DNA from: Bacteroidales bacterium
Lineage (GTDB): Bacteria; Bacteroidota; Bacteroidia; Bacteroidales; WCHB1-69
Reading direction: 5' to 3'
DNA length: 64,000 nt
NCBI GenBank assembly: GCA_016290295.1
Contig: JAEETJ010000001.1
Coordinates: 18,503-82,502, forward strand
Every line of letters begins with the position of its first letter. Position 1 is the stretch's first letter. Made by a program: the position numbers and the translations under genes. Positions 58,418 through 64,000 of the stretch are shown one piece after another. The notes under the pieces are model-generated. The model saw nothing but the letters and a program-made list of their open reading frames with translations, did no database searches and was not told where the DNA came from.

Positions 58418-59296
58418 TTATACGCTCAGATTCCGCTTGTCAATTCCCCAGAGCAGCTTCTCACGGATGATGCGGTAGAAGTCGGTGTCCTCGAAAAGCA
58501 CCGTCTGGATATGGAATTTTTCTTTGGTAATGCGGAGTTCCACAGGATTTTCCACTACTACACGATGGGAATCGAGGGCCAATGAAAAACTATTGTTTCT
58601 GCTTTCCACCACGATGCGGATTTCCTCATTGGCAGAGATGACCATAGGGCGTACTGCAAGCGTATGGGAAGCGATGGGCGTCAGCACATTGACATTGGCA
58701 TCGGGCACGATGATGGGACCACCGCAGCTTAGGGAATAGGCGGTGGAACCTGTCGGGGTAGCGATAATCAAACCGTCGCCCCAGTATGTATTCACGGGTT
58801 TTCCACCCACCCACACCTTAATGGCGTTAATAGAGTTCTCGTCCGATGTACGAACCGTAATATCATTCAGTGCAAAGTTTGAGTCAAGTTGCAGCGGCTG
58901 GGAGCTCTCCAAATGGAGCAAAGCCCGGTTTTCGAGCACATACTGCCCTGCCAGCAACTTTTCAAAACAAAATTGGTAATTATTGCGGTTAACCGCGGTC
59001 AGAAAGCCCACACGACCCGTATTGACACCCAAAAGCGGAATATTCAAATTACCCACCAGATTGGCGGCATCGATGTAGGTACCATCACCACCAAAGGATA
59101 AAACAAAGTCAACAGGCCGCAAGCGGCCTAATTCCTCGTGACTGCCGAAATAGCCGCTGACCTCAGCTATGGCCGCATTCTTGCAGTGTTCATGCAAGAA
59201 CAGCTTGCAGCCCATATCATGCAGGGCTGCAAGCACTTCCCGTATAAAAAGGGTATCGTTTTCGTCGCTAAGGCGACTGTAAACCGCCAGTTTCAC
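58418..59296 (-). CDS. nadK: NAD kinase
   Basis: SFGGDGT, GVNTGRVGFL, ALND and GDGLIIATPTGSTAYSLSCGGP. GTG start overlaps the buk stop. Confidence 0.95.
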   Translation of the reverse strand: MKLAVYSRLSDENDTLFIREVLAALHDMGCKLFLHEHCKNAAIAEVSGYFGSHEELGRLRPVDFVLSFGGDGTYIDAANLVGNLNIPLLGVNTGRVGFLTAVNRNNYQFCFEKLLAGQYVLENRALLHLESSQPLQLDSNFALNDITVRTSDENSINAIKVWVGGKPVNTYWGDGLIIATPTGSTAYSLSCGGPIIVPDANVNVLTPIASHTLAVRPMVISANEEIRIVVESRNNSFSLALDSHRVVVENPVELRITKEKFHIQTVLFEDTDFYRIIREKLLWGIDKRNLSV

Positions 59297-60369
59297 TATG
59301 CGTATTCTTTCACTTGGATTTCACCATCCAAAATCATATTGGCATTCATAGCCAGAGCCTTCATCTCATCCTCGCCCGGATATACAGCCACAGGAGCAAT
59401 CCAGGAGATGTATTTCTTGATACGGTTCACCACGGGCACACCGTAGGCAATACCACCAGTCAGGATGATAGCGTCCACCTTGCCTTTCAGCACCACAGCG
59501 GCCTCACCGATATATTTGGCCACTTGATATGCCATAGCCTCTTCCAGCAAATCGGCTTTCTTGTCGCCTTCCAAAGCGGCCTTTTCAATGGCGTATGCAT
59601 CATTGATGCCGAAATAAGCCACATAACCACCTTGTCCCACAATCATTTTCTTTACTTCCTCATAAGTATATTTACCGCTGAAGCAAACATCGATAATCTG
59701 GTTCATCGGAAGGGTTCCAGAGCGTTCGGGAGAGAAGGGACCTTCGCCATCCAGAGCCTGGTTCACATCAATCACACGGCCTTCTTTGTGGGCACCCACG
59801 CTGACACCGCCACCCATGTGGGCTACAATCAGATTCAAATCTTCATATTTCTTGCCATTGTCATTGGCATACATTCTGGAAATTGCCTTCTGATTCAAAG
59901 CATGGAAAATAGAGAGTCTCTCGAATTTTGGGTGACCGGAGATACGGGCCACTTCCTCGAATTCATCCACCACTACTGGGTCAGCGATATAAGCTTCCTC
60001 CAAACCTATGGATTTAGCGATACTGTCGGCAATCAAACCGCCCAAGTTGCAGGCATGCTGGCCATTATAACCCTCGCGCAAGTGTTTTTTCATCAAGTCA
60101 TTAACTTTATAAACACCTGAAGTCAAGGGTTTTACCAAACCGCCACGACCCATCACGATGGCGATGTCGTCAAGGTTGATATTATTATTTTTCAGTTCTT
60201 CCAAAATCGTATTTTTTCTGAAATCATACTGGTCGGCAATGGAACCGAACACGGAAAGCTGTTCCGTGGAATGTTTGATGTTTTTCAGAAATACCTGCTG
60301 CATCTGGTCGAACACAGCGATTTTGGTAGAAGTTGAACCGGGGTTGATAGCTAAAATCAAATGTTTCAT
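59296..60369 (-). CDS. buk: Butyrate kinase
   Basis: ILAINPGSTSTK, GRGG, DPVVVDE, FHALNQKA, HMGGGVSV, GPFSPERSG and YPGEDE motifs. Confidence 0.95.
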   Translation of the reverse strand: MKHLILAINPGSTSTKIAVFDQMQQVFLKNIKHSTEQLSVFGSIADQYDFRKNTILEELKNNNINLDDIAIVMGRGGLVKPLTSGVYKVNDLMKKHLREGYNGQHACNLGGLIADSIAKSIGLEEAYIADPVVVDEFEEVARISGHPKFERLSIFHALNQKAISRMYANDNGKKYEDLNLIVAHMGGGVSVGAHKEGRVIDVNQALDGEGPFSPERSGTLPMNQIIDVCFSGKYTYEEVKKMIVGQGGYVAYFGINDAYAIEKAALEGDKKADLLEEAMAYQVAKYIGEAAVVLKGKVDAIILTGGIAYGVPVVNRIKKYISWIAPVAVYPGEDEMKALAMNANMILDGEIQVKEYA

Positions 60370-60488
60370 GTTATATGGTTTTTAATTGAAATTCTGCGGG
60401 CAAAGTTACATAATTTTCCCGAAATAAACAAACAAAAAAATCACCATAAAGACACCCCTTGACATGTCCCTATGACGTGTGTTAACAT

Positions 60489-60510
60489 GAGACGCACCGC
60501 GGCACATCTC
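60489..60510. repeat. REP-like palindrome related to 42441-42462
   Basis: GAGACGCACCGCGGCACATCTC versus GAGACGCACCACAGCACGTCTC; both lie just downstream of minus-strand stops. Confidence 0.55.
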
Positions 60511-60517
60511 AACACAC

Positions 60518-61222
60518 CTACCGAATTCTTGATTGCAAATACCGTACATTTTGGCTGTCGGGATAGCGTTCCGCCAGCGAATCCGTCAGCATCCGTAGCA
60601 ATTCCGCATCATCTTTCTCATTAAAAAAATGATGTTGATTATAAACCTGATAAAAAGCGATCATTGAGCTGAAAGAATGCGGATGACTTTGGATAAAATT
60701 CCGTAAATATTGTGTATGTTGCCTCACTGCCTGGTTGTAATGGCGTTCCACCCCATTCCGCACACTGTCATACTCCATATAATACTGATAAATCTGGAGC
60801 AAAGTATCGGTATATTGTGCAAATGCGGCCAAAGCACTATCCAGCTGCCACATAAGCACAGCGTCTTTGGGTCCTTGTACCCGATAGGTTCGGATAAGAT
60901 TATTGGCATCAGCGCTTATATGCACCATTTGCCCTTGTTTCAACAAAGTTGTCATTCCATTGTCAGGAGAAAAACTCAGTTGAAAAAAAGCCGGTTCATC
61001 CGCTGTCTGGAAGTCTGTAAGTTGACTTTTCTTTATCTTGAACTTGAATGAATCATGCCGAATCACAGAAGAATCGAGCTTTTGCAAACCATCAGCAGTC
61101 AACAAGGAAAGATACATCACTCTTCCGTTTCCATGGTCCAACTGACCCTGAATACAAATATCATGTTTATTTGTACAGGCCAACAAAAGCGGTATAAGAC
61201 AGAAAAAAACTAATTTTCTCAT
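60518..61222 (-). CDS. Lipoprotein, DUF4369-like N-terminal domain (no thioredoxin domain)
   Basis: Lipobox LLA-C; IQGQL..MYL..LDS..FKF pattern; FIQSHPHS helical region. Confidence 0.65.
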   Translation of the reverse strand: MRKLVFFCLIPLLLACTNKHDICIQGQLDHGNGRVMYLSLLTADGLQKLDSSVIRHDSFKFKIKKSQLTDFQTADEPAFFQLSFSPDNGMTTLLKQGQMVHISADANNLIRTYRVQGPKDAVLMWQLDSALAAFAQYTDTLLQIYQYYMEYDSVRNGVERHYNQAVRQHTQYLRNFIQSHPHSFSSMIAFYQVYNQHHFFNEKDDAELLRMLTDSLAERYPDSQNVRYLQSRIR

Positions 61223-62406
61223 TTCAGCAGTGAAATATTAGTCCAAATCGGATAATGGTCTGATACTGTAAGCGAGTCATAGGTCGTAAAACCAAAGCTC
61301 TTGTATCTTTCGTCATGGAAAATATAATCAATACGATAAGACGGGAAAGCGTCGCCGCAATAAGTGTGTCCCCTACCGCCACCACTCACGCGGAAGGCAT
61401 CTTTCAGGCCATGGCTGATTTTGTGATAGGAATACGATACCGGTGAGTCATTGAAATCGCCACAAATGATAATCGGGTAATTGCAGCTGTCAATATGAGC
61501 CCTCAAAATTTCCGCTTGGCCTTGGCGTTCCAAAAAGGCCTTACCTACTTTTTTCGACAAAATTCTTGCCTTTTTATCAAGATTCGGATCATCAATACCA
61601 TGTGACACGATTTCTCTACCCAAAGCATAGTCATCCGCATCCATTCGCAACGAGGCCAAATGCACATTATAAATTCTCAAAGTATCCCCTTTATACTTGA
61701 TATCCGCATAGATAGCGGCATTGCTAGAGGTGTCATTCATGAACACATAATCAGCTTTTAAAATCCTGTAACGACTGAAAATCACCAGACCATAATGATA
61801 ATCCTTCGATTTACTGTTAATCGGGAAAAACTGATAGCAGTTCCGCTTGACATTTTCCAAATGGAGGATATTCATAATCGTATCAGTAGTGGGAAAATTC
61901 AACTTCCCACTGGCGTCCAAAAAATACTCCTGAATACAAAGGATTTCAGGTCGTTCCCTATCAAAAAGGTCATACACCTGATTTCTCTTGATATCGCGCA
62001 TGGTCTTGGTTTTCTCGTCATACAAGCCAAACAAGCGGGCGTTGTAGCTCATCACTTTCACACAGCTGGCACAGACAGACGGTTTCTCGGTTGGCCGCAA
62101 CTGGAAACTACGGTCTATGTTATTGATATTAAGCAAAATCATGCCTAAAGAAATCAACGAAAAACGATAATCAATTACCAGCCAGACAATCACAAACACT
62201 GCATTGAGCACCAACAAATACGGGAATGCCAAGCCACAGTAGCTGGCGGTCAGGCTAAATGATGGCGGCAGATAAGCCGAGGCATACGCCAAGAACAAAG
62301 TCAGAGCTACAGCCACATTGACCACCACCAAGAGCAGCTTAAAAATTCTGCCCACAAAAGATACTTTTTGCTTTAATTTCGACTGTTTCTGTCTTCGTTT
62401 TGCCAT
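61219..62406 (-). CDS. Endonuclease/exonuclease/phosphatase-family membrane protein
   Basis: N-terminal TMs; VMSYN, LCIQE, NVHLAS, CGDFND, RIDYIF and SDHYPI motifs. Confidence 0.92.
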   Translation of the reverse strand: MAKRRQKQSKLKQKVSFVGRIFKLLLVVVNVAVALTLFLAYASAYLPPSFSLTASYCGLAFPYLLVLNAVFVIVWLVIDYRFSLISLGMILLNINNIDRSFQLRPTEKPSVCASCVKVMSYNARLFGLYDEKTKTMRDIKRNQVYDLFDRERPEILCIQEYFLDASGKLNFPTTDTIMNILHLENVKRNCYQFFPINSKSKDYHYGLVIFSRYRILKADYVFMNDTSSNAAIYADIKYKGDTLRIYNVHLASLRMDADDYALGREIVSHGIDDPNLDKKARILSKKVGKAFLERQGQAEILRAHIDSCNYPIIICGDFNDSPVSYSYHKISHGLKDAFRVSGGGRGHTYCGDAFPSYRIDYIFHDERYKSFGFTTYDSLTVSDHYPIWTNISLLK

Positions 62407-62412
62407 GGCATG

Positions 62413-63456
62413 CTATTTATTTGAAGCCTTGAATAGTATATCTTTTTCTTCACGAGTCAGGGATTCATAACCTGATTTTGAAATTTTGTCGAGGATTTCA
62501 TCAATACGCTGTTGTTCCTGAAACTTACGCGCATTGTAATCCTCGTCGCTCATGTTCCGTACATCATCTTCCTCGTCATCGTATGAAGTAGCATACTTTA
62601 TTTTTCTCCGTTTACGATTGCTTCCTTCCGGATAAAACCAATGTCCACCCGTACCATTATTGCTATCGTAGTGCCGCCATACCATAATCAGCAGGAAGCC
62701 GAAGAGCATACCACCCAGGTGGGCAAAGTGGGCCACACCATCAGCGGAACCGAGTACACCATACATCAACTCCAACGCACCATAAATCACCACAAACCAT
62801 TTAGCTTTGATGGGCAGCAGGAAATACACGTAAATCTCAGAATTGGGATACATCATACCAAAGGCCAGCAATAAACCGAATACCGAACCTGAGGCACCGA
62901 TAATATTGAACGAATTGAGAAAAGTCTCACGAAACACCTCAATTTGGGGCACAAATTCCGTCACTGCTGACGGATGAGCTTGCAGATAGAGCAGATTTTG
63001 GGCGATTGCCGCCTGGTTGATACGATCCACATTAGCCAACTGACTGAATGTGTCAACAGAAGGAGCTGACAAAAAGGCATCAATCAAAGCCAAAGAAGAG
63101 TGAATTTGGAAATAGATAATCAGGTAATGAATCATTGCCGCACCAATACCTGTAATCAGGTAATAGCACAGAAAACGCCGTTCTCCCCATGCGTTCTCCA
63201 CAGAAGCGCCAAACATCCAGAGGGCGAACATATTGAAAAACAGGTGCCCGAAATCACCATGCATGAACATATAGGTGATGATTTGCCATACATGGAAGTC
63301 GGAAGCCGCAAAATAATGCAAGCCGAAAATGGCGTCCAAGTCAAACTTGCTGGCCAAGACTATTTTAGCCAGAAAGAACAAACCGTTGATTATCAATAAG
63401 TTCTTAACAACAGTAGGCAGGATATTGAAACCTCCAGCCCGAATTTCATTGCTCAT
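62413..63456 (-). CDS. Rhomboid intramembrane serine protease with C-terminal DUF6576-like tail
   Basis: TYMFMH..HLFFNM, GASG and AHLGG motifs; C-terminal IDEILDKISKSGYESLT.EEK. Confidence 0.92.
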   Translation of the reverse strand: MSNEIRAGGFNILPTVVKNLLIINGLFFLAKIVLASKFDLDAIFGLHYFAASDFHVWQIITYMFMHGDFGHLFFNMFALWMFGASVENAWGERRFLCYYLITGIGAAMIHYLIIYFQIHSSLALIDAFLSAPSVDTFSQLANVDRINQAAIAQNLLYLQAHPSAVTEFVPQIEVFRETFLNSFNIIGASGSVFGLLLAFGMMYPNSEIYVYFLLPIKAKWFVVIYGALELMYGVLGSADGVAHFAHLGGMLFGFLLIMVWRHYDSNNGTGGHWFYPEGSNRKRRKIKYATSYDDEEDDVRNMSDEDYNARKFQEQQRIDEILDKISKSGYESLTREEKDILFKASNK

Positions 63457-63602
63457 ATTCTCGTATGTGATTTAAATGTGCAAAGATACAAATTTTTCTC
63501 CATACACGGCAGCCGAAACGGATTCAGCACCTCTGACTGCCACAATGTGACAGCCCTATATAGATGATCTATCATTCTCACACCAACACTAACCTTGATT
63601 AA

Positions 63603-64000
63603 CTATAAGCGACTACTCAAATGATACTTCCCGCTGCCCAAAGTCTGTTTCTTATAACCCTTGGCTGTTGGAAGCCAAACTTCGGCTGTGGCGTTAGCGG
63701 GAATGAGAATATCCCATTCGAAACGCTTGCCCTTTCGCTGCCAGTTGCTTTGGATAAGGCCGCTGGCCGACTGGTATGAACAGTTCACATATTTAAGTCC
63801 TTCGATAGGATACGGTTTCAGCTGAATCTTGGTGTAGCCCGGCTCCATTGCCCTGATACCGCCCAAATATTCGTATTCCCAAATGATGAGGTCACCGAGC
63901 AGCATCACGTGGTTGCCCGAATTCATGGCTGGGTCGGCGGTATTGCCATTCCAGAGTTCCCAGATGGTGGTGGCTCCATTGCGCACCATATAGCCCCAGC
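63603..64000 (-). CDS. Alpha-L-rhamnosidase (GH78), C-terminal part
   Basis: WGYMVRNGATTIWELWNG..MNSGNHVMLLG..LGGI..IPANATAEVWLP. Runs off the window edge. Confidence 0.88.
   Translation of the reverse strand, partial: WGYMVRNGATTIWELWNGNTADPAMNSGNHVMLLGDLIIWEYEYLGGIRAMEPGYTKIQLKPYPIEGLKYVNCSYQSASGLIQSNWQRKGKRFEWDILIPANATAEVWLPTAKGYKKQTLGSGKYHLSSRL

Noticed and set aside
47542-60120. Long antisense ORFs (47542-48267, 59314-60120, and also 26353-27060)
   Set aside because: They are shadows of strongly conserved genes (tex, buk, ABC transporter) on the opposite strand and have no recognisable motifs.

Overview
A 64-kb chromosomal segment of an anaerobic Bacteroidales (Bacteroidota) bacterium, judged from TAnnTTTG promoters, T9SS C-terminal domains and Bacteroidales-type ribosomal proteins. 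Housekeeping genes include gpsA, an addB-like nuclease, trmB, trmD, xseB, a truncated rplV-rpsE ribosomal block, tex, gltX, secDF, nadK and buk. There is also a hipBA toxin-antitoxin module and several large surface or secreted proteins (DUF1566, FISUMP, T9SS). The main finding is an apparent ~10-kb minus-strand operon (20739 to 10788). It joins sulfonolipid (capnine) biosynthesis genes (cysteate acyltransferase, a threonine-synthase-like putative cysteate synthase, an SDR reductase) to a VOC protein and a five-gene heterodisulfide-reductase-like complex resembling sulfur-oxidising sHdr, a candidate anaerobic sulfite supply for sulfonolipids. The window also carries three non-coding repeat systems: (i) 7-/8-mer tandem repeats that fill intergenic gaps, supply stop codons and insert in frame into the AddB nuclease domain; (ii) four ~75-bp elements of four CTCCCC/GGGGAG motifs separated by shuffled GNA-triloop hairpins; (iii) REP-like palindromes. 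No rRNA, tRNA, CRISPR array, transposase or reverse transcriptase was seen. All family assignments come from motif recognition by eye, not database searches.
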